Part shown: positions 19,164 to 27,639 of the stretch, one piece after another
How positions within the stretch are numbered: the first letter of the stretch is position 1
Layout of the letters: every line of letters starts with the position of its first letter
Sequence record: PV754031.1
DNA length: 64,000 nt
Reading direction: 5' to 3' (one strand)
Translations under genes and position numbers: made by a program
The notes under the pieces: generated by a model
Seen by the model: only the letters and a program-made list of their open reading frames with translations
What the model was told of the DNA's origin: nothing
Database searches by the model: none

Positions 19164-19352
19164 ATGAGTCTACTCAACATTCTAAATACCGTTGCGGCTG
19201 CTAATGGTAGGGAAGTAGATGATTTTAATATCACCTATTTAAACGATACGGATGTGTCATCTAGTTATACCTCATTTCGATATCGGTATGTTGATGAGGA
19301 TCGTATTGCACATATTTTCATTGTTTCTGAAAAAATCGAACAGGTTCGCTAA
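19164..19352 (+). CDS. Hypothetical protein, possibly truncated by an in-frame TAA (open to 19409 after it)
   Basis: AAAAGGAA RBS; read-through gives IEQVR*FVLLAKLTGYNVTVNTCI. Confidence 0.55.
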   Translation: MSLLNILNTVAAANGREVDDFNITYLNDTDVSSSYTSFRYRYVDEDRIAHIFIVSEKIEQVR

Positions 19353-19500
19353 TTTGTATTGTTGGCAAAACTAACTGGTTACAATGTAACTGTAAATACA
19401 TGTATTTAATTTTGAAAACATACTGGAGTTATTGATGTATTGAGTTGAAACTCAATAATAACTCCTACTTTAATTTAAAAAATACAAAAGGAATATTTCC

Positions 19501-20154
19501 ATGGCGTCAATCATTAGTCTACCTTTTATCAAACTAGTAATCAGCCGTAATAATAATTACACTGTTAACCATCAGTCAGGTGCTGATAATGTACCTCATC
19601 TATGTGTTAAAGTAAAACATTCTAACGGTTATGCCTGGTTCGGTATTATCATTGTTGATTATGAAAAACGTACCAGCGGTTGGACTGAAGAAGAATTTAA
19701 TGCAGTTGTAACTCGTTTTCATGAAGCAATGAATTCTCAATGTGATATCCAACGATTAGAAACAGACATTAACCGACTAATGGATTCCATCCAAGATGTT
19801 GTTACCGGTCGGAAACGACCAACCCTATTTGGTGGCGATGGTAATGACTTCATTCAAATGCATCTTCAAAATAATATCCAACTTGATATTTATCGGAATG
19901 AAATTAACGAAGATACTCTAACCTATGGTGGGTATCGTGGTAAAGTAAGTCTTCGCCATGGTTATGATGAATACAGCTTCTTCCTGTATCATCGTGGTAT
20001 TATTCTAAACCATTACATCGATGCAGAGATTGCTAAAGAGTTAATTGAAGATGCTCTTGATAAGACTTTCCCAGAGATTACTTATCTACCGCTAGCCACT
20101 GTCGAACCTATAGCTGTAGAACGCACTCGTAATCGACACCAGGATAAAAGCTAA
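19501..20154 (+). CDS. Hypothetical protein
   Basis: 217 aa, AAAAGGAA RBS. Confidence 0.75.
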   Translation: MASIISLPFIKLVISRNNNYTVNHQSGADNVPHLCVKVKHSNGYAWFGIIIVDYEKRTSGWTEEEFNAVVTRFHEAMNSQCDIQRLETDINRLMDSIQDVVTGRKRPTLFGGDGNDFIQMHLQNNIQLDIYRNEINEDTLTYGGYRGKVSLRHGYDEYSFFLYHRGIILNHYIDAEIAKELIEDALDKTFPEITYLPLATVEPIAVERTRNRHQDKS

Positions 20155-20156
20155 AT

Positions 20157-20570
20157 ATGGCTAGTCAACTTATCGTAGTTGATTTACAAAACCCTAGAAA
20201 TAAACATATATACAGTGAATTAACTCATGAACACCCTAGAACAATAACATCACATCTAGTTGAAGAATTAGATGATTTTGATGTTCATCAATATTCATAC
20301 CAAGCGGAGTATAAATCTGGGATTGATCTTAGATTAATATTCTTTTGGGATGGACCATACACTGAACCAAGAGAAGAAGGTTACGAACCAACTGATCTAG
20401 AGAAAAGGTGTGTGAAGTTGTGTAGGCAATATGAGGCTGCGATTAACGGGCAATTATCTGTAGTTGATCACTCTCGGTTCCGGACGGTGTGTACCTTCAG
20501 ATCAGATAATAGTTTACCAACAACTTTAGACTGGATTCATAAAGAACCCCCATCTAAAGAGGTTGTGTAA
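20157..20570 (+). CDS. Hypothetical protein
   Basis: 137 aa ORF. Confidence 0.7.
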   Translation: MASQLIVVDLQNPRNKHIYSELTHEHPRTITSHLVEELDDFDVHQYSYQAEYKSGIDLRLIFFWDGPYTEPREEGYEPTDLEKRCVKLCRQYEAAINGQLSVVDHSRFRTVCTFRSDNSLPTTLDWIHKEPPSKEVV

Positions 20571-20663
20571 AAAATAGTAAAAGAAATACACTATTCTATG
20601 TAGTTCCTTTACGATTGCTCTTTTATCTTAGTTTCAGTTTTGCTGAAGAAGTACCAATGAGAT

Positions 20664-20691
20664 ACCCTCCCCTGATCGGGGAGGGTTTTTG
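20664..20691 (+). terminator. Intrinsic terminator (CCCTCC family)
   Basis: ACCCTCCCC-TGATC-GGGGAGGGT-TTTT. Confidence 0.85.
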
Positions 20692-20711
20692 ACATCTAAG
20701 AGGAAAATATA

Positions 20712-21092
20712 ATGTGCAAACAACATCGTGTAGTATCTATGAAAGTTACATGCACGCAAGCTCGCTATCCGATCGGTCTGTGCGATCTCGGATTTGATAA
20801 TGCTGCTGATGCTCGGCAATATCTACTAGATGTCGTCGAGTACAATATGGATCGTCTCCACCCACAACATGCTAATACATTCCAGCTACAAAATCTACAA
20901 GACGGGTTCGTAGTATCCTACGATATCGAAAAAGATGGATCCGTTTATCTTCGGTTAACACTGGCGGCTGTAGCTTATCAATCAATCGATCTTGAGTTGG
21001 GGGTTACCGTTAAAGAAAATGAAGGGATCAGTGTTGTAATCAAAAATTGGATCAATGGTGATTATACTGCGGGGAACAAATACTTGCAGTAA
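20712..21092 (+). CDS. Hypothetical protein
   Basis: 126 aa, GAGGA RBS. Confidence 0.7.
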   Translation: MCKQHRVVSMKVTCTQARYPIGLCDLGFDNAADARQYLLDVVEYNMDRLHPQHANTFQLQNLQDGFVVSYDIEKDGSVYLRLTLAAVAYQSIDLELGVTVKENEGISVVIKNWINGDYTAGNKYLQ

Positions 21093-21103
21093 TACCATAT
21101 GTA
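21075..21103 (+). promoter_or_regulatory. TAC-N14-TATGTA promoter (middle/late type)
   Basis: AACAAATAC (TAC 21081-83), 14 nt, TATGTA (21098-21103). Confidence 0.65.
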
Positions 21104-21222
21104 AAGAATACCCAAATCGGGATCTCCCGGACTATCTCCCTTCAGCGTTCCCGTCCGCAAATGAAGGTGCCGCCGAGATCCCACCTATTGATAATGCCCT
21201 CCCTTCGGGGAGGGCTTTATTT
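21101..21222 (+). ncRNA. Candidate small RNA (about 120 nt)
   Basis: Own promoter; GC-rich irregular stem GGGATCTC/GAGATCCC with inner CCTTCA/TGAAGG; ends in GCCCTCC-CTTCG-GGAGGGC-TTTATTT. Confidence 0.55.
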
Positions 21223-21258
21223 CGCTTAAGCCTATTTATTTTATTATAAGGGGTGAAA

Positions 21259-21990
21259 ATGACATATATCGTAAATGATGGTAAAGTCATGATTGCAGAC
21301 TGCCTATTAATTGAGCGGAATAATGCAACTGATAGCATTGGGCGACTTCCAGTATTAGATAACGGTTATATTGATCTAACTGCTAAAGCTGAAGGTGTAG
21401 ATGTATATTACAATGATTGCCACAAGATAATTTTTCATCCGACTGTTACTTGGCAAGGCAAACGTGTTAAAACTATGGCTTTTGCTGGAACTATAGATAA
21501 TGTTTATGATCTATTGAATGCCCTTACCGCAGGTGTTGATTTAGCTGATTGGTTTAAAGTTGAAGTAAATATCTTGCCAGTCATAGAACGCAGGTTGTTT
21601 AATGGTAATACTTCTATGATGTTCACTATGGAGAATGGTGACATATATACAGTTATTCTTAAAGACATGGGTATCAACATCACCAAGAAAGATTGGGCTC
21701 ATTTGGGTAGTGGTGTAGATGCAGTTAATAGTGTACTTGAGTTTATCCCTAATTGTAATGATAATGGATCAACCAAACTAACTGCACTTGAAGCATTTGC
21801 TATTGCATGTGCACATACTACTACTGTAAGTCGTAAATTTGATTATTACATCCATGCTACAGGTGAGTACAAGCAAAATCAAGAACTATCAACTAAACAA
21901 CTAAAATGGATACTAGCGCGCATTCAAAAGCGGATGGATCTTACCCGCATTTTCAATGACCGCGAATATGCCAATAACATATGGGGTTGA
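21259..21990 (+). CDS. HslV/proteasome-beta-like Ntn-hydrolase-fold protein
   Basis: Start M-T-Y-I-V-N-D-G-K-V-M-I-A-D (N-terminal Thr), HKI, AFAG, LGSG, ALEAF motifs. Confidence 0.6.
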   Translation: MTYIVNDGKVMIADCLLIERNNATDSIGRLPVLDNGYIDLTAKAEGVDVYYNDCHKIIFHPTVTWQGKRVKTMAFAGTIDNVYDLLNALTAGVDLADWFKVEVNILPVIERRLFNGNTSMMFTMENGDIYTVILKDMGINITKKDWAHLGSGVDAVNSVLEFIPNCNDNGSTKLTALEAFAIACAHTTTVSRKFDYYIHATGEYKQNQELSTKQLKWILARIQKRMDLTRIFNDREYANNIWG

Positions 21991-21995
21991 TTTGT

Positions 21996-22511
21996 ATGAG
22001 TAATTCTAATATGGATATGCTATATTACACTAATGTAAATTGGGAGCAATATTTTCATCATGTGAAACAACGTGCAGATGATACTGTTAAAGTAATGTAT
22101 AAACCTGAATATGAAGATCTTATTGATGAAGCATGTAGGCCATTAATTAAATGGTTTAATCAATTTACCAATGTTGCAACTATTTATTGCTGTTCAGGCC
22201 ATGTTGATGAAGAAACTGGTGGTAGCCCTGGATACATTAGTCTTTTATTTAAAGATACCAATGCAGAGAATTCTGCAATGCGTTTATTGCGTGAAGCAAT
22301 GTGTAAGGGGCGTGAGTGTAAGATCCCATTCGAAATTGAACTGGGGGCTTATTTCGGGCATCTACATGAGACCATTGATCAGAATCACTGGGTCGCCAAT
22401 CTAGTCATCCGCACCAATAGCTACAAACGTAAAAATACGTATGATCGCTATTGGCATCGTCTTTACAATATCATAACAACATGTAATACTGAGGGTTTAT
22501 ACACCGTCTAA
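21996..22511 (+). CDS. TYW3-like fold protein (tentative)
   Basis: IDEACRPLIKWFN...ATIYCCSGH resembles the TYW3 D..I..L...N...T.SCSG motif. Confidence 0.4.
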   Translation: MSNSNMDMLYYTNVNWEQYFHHVKQRADDTVKVMYKPEYEDLIDEACRPLIKWFNQFTNVATIYCCSGHVDEETGGSPGYISLLFKDTNAENSAMRLLREAMCKGRECKIPFEIELGAYFGHLHETIDQNHWVANLVIRTNSYKRKNTYDRYWHRLYNIITTCNTEGLYTV

Positions 22512-22529
22512 AAAATCTGAGATAATTTA

Positions 22530-22679
22530 ATGAATGATATTAAAAATACATTATTAGTTAGATTAGAGAGGAAACAAAAAGCTAAGCGTATAGATAAATT
22601 ACAAAGACTAGGTTTATGGTTTATTCTATTGCTATGTGTATCTAATCTATTTGTCCAATTAATAAAAGGTATATTCTAA
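22530..22679 (+). CDS. 49 aa protein with C-terminal TM (not in ORF track)
   Basis: MNDIKNTLLVRLERKQKAKRIDKLQRLGLWFILLLCVSNLFVQLIKGIF; abuts next start. Confidence 0.5.
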   Translation: MNDIKNTLLVRLERKQKAKRIDKLQRLGLWFILLLCVSNLFVQLIKGIF

Positions 22680-23360
22680 ATGGTAGAAAAGCTCAGTTTT
22701 GCTGATATATTTAAGATGGCTAAAGAGGAAAATGTTAAGCTTGAATTGCATTGTCTAATTGGTACTCGACCAGTTAGGGGTCTTATTAAAAGTTTAAACT
22801 TTAATTCAATCAGACCTGATATATGTGAATCTGTTAATTTATATGTAAATGTATTTTCTAAAGTAGTAGAGGCTAGAGTAGATCTATCAAGTACTACTGC
22901 TGATTATGGTTGCTGGAGAATGACGCCAGAAACTAAGAATTATGTAGATAGTAAATATAACTTACCAGAAAAAATTGATATCACTAATCCAGATATCGTT
23001 AGGAGTAATATTAATTATTACCTCAGTTTACCTACTAAGGAACGCACTGAGTTATTTAATAAAATAAATAATCCTAATGTCATTGAGGCAATAAACAAAG
23101 AATGGTCTAAAATGGTTGTAGAGTATTATCAATTTGAGATCGATTCGTTTATTGGATTAATTGATTTCGATCATGTCCTTATCAGTAAGTTCATGGTATT
23201 TAACTGGATGGATGATCTGTTTGAATATGCTTTAAATATCCCATTAAAACAAACCAATACAGTAAATGAAGGCACCTGTTGCTTACTGGTTCACAAAGAT
23301 AAAAAGGCAACATATACCCATTTTACTGATATTAAAAATCTTATCAAAGTAAGTGTATAA
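22680..23360 (+). CDS. Hypothetical protein
   Basis: 226 aa ORF. Confidence 0.7.
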   Translation: MVEKLSFADIFKMAKEENVKLELHCLIGTRPVRGLIKSLNFNSIRPDICESVNLYVNVFSKVVEARVDLSSTTADYGCWRMTPETKNYVDSKYNLPEKIDITNPDIVRSNINYYLSLPTKERTELFNKINNPNVIEAINKEWSKMVVEYYQFEIDSFIGLIDFDHVLISKFMVFNWMDDLFEYALNIPLKQTNTVNEGTCCLLVHKDKKATYTHFTDIKNLIKVSV

Positions 23361-23372
23361 TTACGGCATAAA

Positions 23373-23394
23373 CCCCTCTCCGTATGGAGAGGGG
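23373..23394. terminator. Bidirectional terminator at convergent gene ends
   Basis: CCCCTCTCC-GTAT-GGAGAGGGG flanked by CATAAA and ATATGTCTTT. Confidence 0.85.
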
Positions 23395-23420
23395 ATATGT
23401 CTTTATTTTTTTATTTAAAC

Positions 23421-23810
23421 TCACTTAGAAAAATCTTCTACTGGAATATCATCCAGCCAATCATTAAGTAGTTTAAATTGATGAGGGTGTTGCATCTTAG
23501 TAACTTTACCATACTTAACACTAACTGCTTTACCAGTAGACACGGCAAGATCAACTAGTTTCTTTTCATATGCATTAAACTCATCATACCACCGAGTATG
23601 AATAAGTTTTGCTAGGCGATCGTAAGCCGTCTTTCGATAATGATCTTCTTGTTCGCGACGCTGTTCGTCAAGTAGTTCTTTTTGACGTTGTTCTTGCTGA
23701 CGCTTTTCTTCTTCCTTTTTCTCTTTCTCTAGTCGTTTCTTCTCAGCAAAATATGATAGAACCGGTAGTTTGAAAAGTAGGCTTAGAAGTAGTTGAAAGA
23801 ATTGTTTCAT
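23421..23810 (-). CDS. Hypothetical protein, N-terminal hydrophobic helix and coiled coil
   Basis: Start MKQFF at 23810 with GAGGA RBS. Confidence 0.7.
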   Translation of the reverse strand: MKQFFQLLLSLLFKLPVLSYFAEKKRLEKEKKEEEKRQQEQRQKELLDEQRREQEDHYRKTAYDRLAKLIHTRWYDEFNAYEKKLVDLAVSTGKAVSVKYGKVTKMQHPHQFKLLNDWLDDIPVEDFSK

Positions 23811-23867
23811 TAGTATTTCCTCAGTTTGATTAAATAGATAATTTACAAATGGCAATCCGCCTAGTTA

Positions 23868-23895
23868 CATACTAGATAGCTGTAAGTATTTTAAT
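23868..23895 (-). promoter_or_regulatory. TAC-N14-TATGTA promoter
   Basis: ATTAAAATAC-TTACAGCTATCTAG-TATGTA. Confidence 0.7.
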
Positions 23896-24301
23896 CCGTT
23901 ACAATGTCTGGATAACGTTCATCAATTAATGATTTTCTATATGCAAACTCACGCACCTCTGCTTCTAATTTTTCTTTAGTTGCATCTGTAGCACCGATCA
24001 CAATAATTGAATCATTATTAATTGATAACTCTACGTCATTATCTTTTCCAAATACTAATTTAAAAACAGTATTTAATTCATCTAATTGATCTTGAACGGT
24101 TACTGTATCATCATGGATTGCCCTAGACGGTTCCTCTAATAGACCCTCTAGCACTTTATAAGACTTTATAAAAAGAGTATCATTAAAATCTTCTTTTAAC
24201 CATGTTAATTCAAGTGTATATAAATCAACCACTCTATTAAGATTTGAAGTAGTTATATCTGTTTTCCATTCATAACCTAGATAGTTAGTTTCATTACTCA
24301 T
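23891..24301 (-). CDS. Hypothetical protein
   Basis: 136 aa, AAGGAG RBS. Confidence 0.75.
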   Translation of the reverse strand: MSNETNYLGYEWKTDITTSNLNRVVDLYTLELTWLKEDFNDTLFIKSYKVLEGLLEEPSRAIHDDTVTVQDQLDELNTVFKLVFGKDNDVELSINNDSIIVIGATDATKEKLEAEVREFAYRKSLIDERYPDIVTD

Positions 24302-24322
24302 TATAAACTCCTTTGATTAATA

Positions 24323-24349
24323 CATATTAAATAATCTGGAGTATTATTT
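24323..24349 (-). promoter_or_regulatory. TAC-N14-TATGTA promoter
   Basis: AAATAATAC-TCCAGATTATTTAA-TATGTA. Confidence 0.7.
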
Positions 24350-24520
24350 CTTTGTAATGCGATAACCAACTGACCATAAATCTATACGGACGAAACCTTT
24401 TCCCTCATGTTGACCGTATAAACATACACGTAACATTCTATTACCTGGCTTCATATCAATTCGTGTTACCTCAAATTTATTAGTAATGTATTCTTGGATG
24501 ATAAATAATAGATGACTCAT
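24344..24520 (-). CDS. 58 aa hypothetical protein (not in ORF track)
   Basis: AGGA RBS; MSHLLFIIQEYITNKFEVTRIDMKPGNRMLRVCLY... Confidence 0.6.
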   Translation of the reverse strand: MSHLLFIIQEYITNKFEVTRIDMKPGNRMLRVCLYGQHEGKGFVRIDLWSVGYRITKK

Positions 24521-24551
24521 TTTATATTTTCCTGATTAATGACAAACATAA

Positions 24552-24571
24552 GCCCCTCCATATGGAGGGGC
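24552..24571 (-). terminator. Terminator after tRNA-Thr
   Basis: GCCCCTCC-ATAT-GGAGGGGC. Confidence 0.75.
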
Positions 24572-24649
24572 AATATGATTTACTGAGTCTTTCGCGTTCA
24601 ATCCCATCCTAACTAATATATTTAAGAATAGTTTAAACCTCAGTAAATT

Positions 24650-24726
24650 TGGTGCCGCCACTCCGAATCGAACGGAGGACCTACGCATTACAAGTGCGTT
24701 GCTCTACCTAGCTGAGCTATAGCGGC
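24650..24726 (-). tRNA. tRNA-Thr(UGU)
   Basis: 77 nt cloverleaf GCCGCTA...ACGCA-CTTGTAA-TGCGT...TTCGATT...ACCA. Confidence 0.97.
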
Positions 24727-24737
24727 GGAATCTTCTA

Positions 24738-24764
24738 CATATAGTGTATATGAAAGTATTATTT
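24738..24764 (-). promoter_or_regulatory. TAC-N14-TATGTA promoter of tRNA-Thr
   Basis: AAATAATAC-TTTCATATACACTA-TATGTA; inferred start 12 nt before the tRNA. Confidence 0.75.
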
Positions 24765-24788
24765 TATTTATTATAATAAATAAAGTTA

Positions 24789-24817
24789 TATTCAAACATA
24801 TTTAAACAGTATATCAT
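24789..24817 (+). promoter_or_regulatory. Early-type promoter
   Basis: TATTCAAACATATTTAAACAG-TATATCAT, near copy of the promoter at 40081-40112. Confidence 0.7.
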
Positions 24818-24873
24818 TAACTTGATATTACTAAAAGTAATATTTTCTATTAATTGTAAATAGGATACTAAAT

Positions 24874-25011
24874 ATGAATATTGATCCAAAAACTCTTGGC
24901 ATTATTATTAGCACCACTATTGGCACCGTAGGTGCTCTTATTCTTACGTATGGTATTGCGAGAGCAGTACGTTGGAATAATAAACCTGATGTAAAAGATG
25001 TAGCAGAGTAA
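24874..25011 (+). CDS. 45 aa single-TM protein (not in ORF track)
   Basis: AGGA RBS; MNIDPKTLGIIISTTIGTVGALILTYGIARAVRWNNKPDVKDVAE. Confidence 0.7.
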   Translation: MNIDPKTLGIIISTTIGTVGALILTYGIARAVRWNNKPDVKDVAE

Positions 25012-25021
25012 GATAACATAA

Positions 25022-25044
25022 AGCTAGCCCATTAGGGGCTAGCT
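25022..25044. terminator. Bidirectional terminator
   Basis: AGCTAGCCC-ATTAG-GGGCTAGCT between convergent genes. Confidence 0.85.
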
Positions 25045-25068
25045 CTTATATTTATTTTTTTATTTGTT

Positions 25069-25698
25069 TTAACTTAGAGTATTATAATAAATAAATTTAG
25101 TTAATTCATCTTGTTGCTCTTTGATTATATTATTTTTCGTTTGTTTAACATTAATGTAATATTCAATAAATAACCAACGTCTATCATGTTTGGCTAAGTC
25201 TTTGAATTCAATTTTCTCAAATCGCCATGACTGTACAGTAGTCCTAATGAGATTACCGGATTTATTGATAATATACCCTTGCATGGTGTTAATTTGATCA
25301 TCGATAGTAGGCGTTGGTAAAAATATCAAATAAACACCATCTGTATTTTTAGTGTGCATACTTTTTAATTTATACATCATTGGGTTAAAGTATTCATCAC
25401 TTTTATGATAATCGCTTAATTCTAACACAGCATCAATCATCATTTTAGCGCTTTCAGTAACACCAACATTTAGTAAATAATCATTAAGCTCTTTTAATGA
25501 ATTATCTGTAAGTGATGCATCTATGTGTTCTTCACTTATAGGTTCATTATAAACTAGTTTATTAATAGTTGAATTAACAATATTTAGCCTATCGATATCA
25601 TAAACTGCTAGTGTTTGTTTACCAACATTTATTTTTAAGTCTTTACCTGATTCATTGATAAAATCATTTAAATCTACTTCAGTAAAATGAAAAGCCAT
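25069..25698 (-). CDS. Hypothetical protein
   Basis: 209 aa, AAGGTG RBS. Confidence 0.7.
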   Translation of the reverse strand: MAFHFTEVDLNDFINESGKDLKINVGKQTLAVYDIDRLNIVNSTINKLVYNEPISEEHIDASLTDNSLKELNDYLLNVGVTESAKMMIDAVLELSDYHKSDEYFNPMMYKLKSMHTKNTDGVYLIFLPTPTIDDQINTMQGYIINKSGNLIRTTVQSWRFEKIEFKDLAKHDRRWLFIEYYINVKQTKNNIIKEQQDELTKFIYYNTLS

Positions 25699-25857
25699 TT
25701 TTATACACCTTTATGTTTTCCGTAGTGTTAAATTTTATTAACACCCGGTTTCAAGTTGAGTTATGTGTAGAACTAATCTACAAATAATATTAACTCTATG
25801 TATAATTTTACTTATAAATAGACCACTCTATATAGAGGGGTATTAAGTCATATAAAG

Positions 25858-25953
25858 TTATTTTAGTGTGGGTCTAAATACAAACATTACGTCTACTTCA
25901 TCAGTTGGGTCGACATCATATTCTGTCCCAGTATTATCAATCGCAACCAACAT
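25858..25953 (-). CDS. 31 aa hypothetical (not in ORF track)
   Basis: GAGGA 8 nt upstream; MLVAIDNTGTEYDVDPTDEVDVMFVFRPTLK. Confidence 0.45.
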   Translation of the reverse strand: MLVAIDNTGTEYDVDPTDEVDVMFVFRPTLK

Positions 25954-25955
25954 TC

Positions 25956-26078
25956 TCACATTCCTCGGTAAAGGGCTTTATGTGATTTAGATAGGCGAGT
26001 GATAAAATACCTAAATGCACTGAGATATTCTCTGATAAATCCTTTACCTTTATTAAAATTATCACCTACATGGACCAT
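25956..26078 (-). CDS. 40 aa hypothetical (not in ORF track)
   Basis: MVHVGDNFNKGKGFIREYLSAFRYFITRLSKSHKALYRGM; abuts next ORF. Confidence 0.35.
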   Translation of the reverse strand: MVHVGDNFNKGKGFIREYLSAFRYFITRLSKSHKALYRGM

Positions 26079-26169
26079 TCAATCACTTTTATGTAGCTTG
26101 ATTTCAATCAATTAAAGGGTATAACGAATGTAATGTATTTATACACGAATATAGTTATCATAAGCTCAA

Positions 26170-26460
26170 CTACTTGGGGTAAAAGAGTGGACGGAGATCA
26201 GTCTCATGGTATTCATCTTTGATATGGGAAAAGTACTTATTGAAATTATCCACACTATACGAAGTTCTAAGCCCATTTGGCCAAATCACTAACATGTCAC
26301 CAACTTCGAATGCCGTGATCATAGCCTCAAAGTCTTTTATGTTTACATGATCATTACCAAGTTTCACGAATCGACATGCACGGAAACCACATTCCCAGTC
26401 AGACGACATCCATTGACCAGCCTCAGTAATCAGCTTTGCACGAACTAATGTCTTAGCCAT
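26170..26460 (-). CDS. Hypothetical protein
   Basis: 96 aa ORF. Confidence 0.7.
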   Translation of the reverse strand: MAKTLVRAKLITEAGQWMSSDWECGFRACRFVKLGNDHVNIKDFEAMITAFEVGDMLVIWPNGLRTSYSVDNFNKYFSHIKDEYHETDLRPLFYPK

Positions 26461-26638
26461 ACTTGGTACCCCAGTTTATCGTTTTGTCGAGAAGAGCTTG
26501 ACTAGGTCGTTTATTACGAATCTGATTCTTAATAGACTCATTTAGCTCTTCCATCGTTTTCCGAACTTTAACTAATCGTTCCTTTTGTTCATTTGTAGGA
26601 ACACTACTAACTATATCTTGCAATGCTTTAAGTGACAT
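26453..26638 (-). CDS. Hypothetical protein
   Basis: 61 aa ORF overlapping next gene. Confidence 0.65.
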   Translation of the reverse strand: MSLKALQDIVSSVPTNEQKERLVKVRKTMEELNESIKNQIRNKRPSQALLDKTINWGTKYG

Positions 26639-26699
26639 GTCTTTACCCTATTTGTATTCAGCTATAAGATTCAACTACTGGGTACTTTTACAAGACGAC

Positions 26700-26725
26700 A
26701 TAAAGGCAGCATTAGCTGCCTTTAT
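26700..26725 (-). terminator. Terminator after tRNA-Asn copy 1
   Basis: ATAAAGGCAGC-ATTA-GCTGCCTTTAT. Confidence 0.8.
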
Positions 26726-26769
26726 AGTTTACATAGTAGTGAAATATAACTAAATCTAAAACTATGAAT

Positions 26770-26845
<76 letters not shown>

Positions 26846-26910
26846 AGAATTATGGCGATTTTATATTAGAGATGAGTTACTGACAACCTAATATAGATAT
26901 GTAATAACTA

Positions 26911-26937
26911 CATATTATTACAATCTGAGTATTATTT
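26911..26937 (-). promoter_or_regulatory. TAC-N14-TATGTA promoter of tRNA-Asn copy 1
   Basis: AAATAATAC-TCAGATTGTAATAA-TATGTA. Confidence 0.75.
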
Positions 26938-27006
26938 ATTTCTTGTTATGACATTATGTAAATAACGTGTAGTTAATCTTATTAGAAACTATCAAAGTTA
27001 CTAATT

Positions 27007-27519
27007 CTAACTAAAACGAACCACCATTACCTCTGTACCAAAAGTATCTGCAACCCACTGGTTAAATTCTTTATCAGTGATACCGCGTAGGTTCAGATTA
27101 AATGAGGCATTGTCAACAAGAATATATTTTACAGACGATATTAATTCTTCTTTAATATCTTTTTGAATAGATGATTCCTCAGGTTGATGAATATATTTGC
27201 GGAGTTGGTGTGTAATTAAACAAGAAACAATATTATCTTTAGCATTCTGGAACTTAGCCAGTACAGCCTGTTTAATTTTATCTTCTACAAATACAGCTAG
27301 ACATTCGCCAGGGTGACGATTAGCAAACTCAATCAATGCAGTTGTACTACCACATTGCCGACCTACAAATAATCCAACAGTCCTGTATTCACGAATAACA
27401 ATATGACCAATAGAATTAGATCGATAATTAACCCAGTTCTCATTCGTTTTTTGAATTAAAGCATCTAGGATATCTTGGTACTTTACAATAGTTCTTACAA
27501 ACTGATTAGAGTTAGTCAT
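27007..27519 (-). CDS. Small degenerate P-loop NTPase-like protein
   Basis: VGRQCGSTT (Walker A-like, K replaced by S) and YILVDN (Walker B-like). Confidence 0.5.
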   Translation of the reverse strand: MTNSNQFVRTIVKYQDILDALIQKTNENWVNYRSNSIGHIVIREYRTVGLFVGRQCGSTTALIEFANRHPGECLAVFVEDKIKQAVLAKFQNAKDNIVSCLITHQLRKYIHQPEESSIQKDIKEELISSVKYILVDNASFNLNLRGITDKEFNQWVADTFGTEVMVVRFS

Positions 27520-27639
27520 AATAGACTCCTTTATTACAATGTAGCATAGATTCAGTTTTTTAACTGGAATTAAATGCCGATTTTGAAAAGGTGATAAAAC
27601 CTTTTCTCATCTATAAATGAATTTATAATAGTAACAATG

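Noticed and set aside
21055-21249. 64 aa + strand ORF
   Set aside because: No RBS, overlaps the upstream gene and crosses a terminator; better explained as structured ncRNA.
24578-24648. GTTCAATCC T-loop-like motif inside a 10 bp inverted repeat beside tRNA-Thr
   Set aside because: No T-stem or cloverleaf; likely just a 3' trailer stem.
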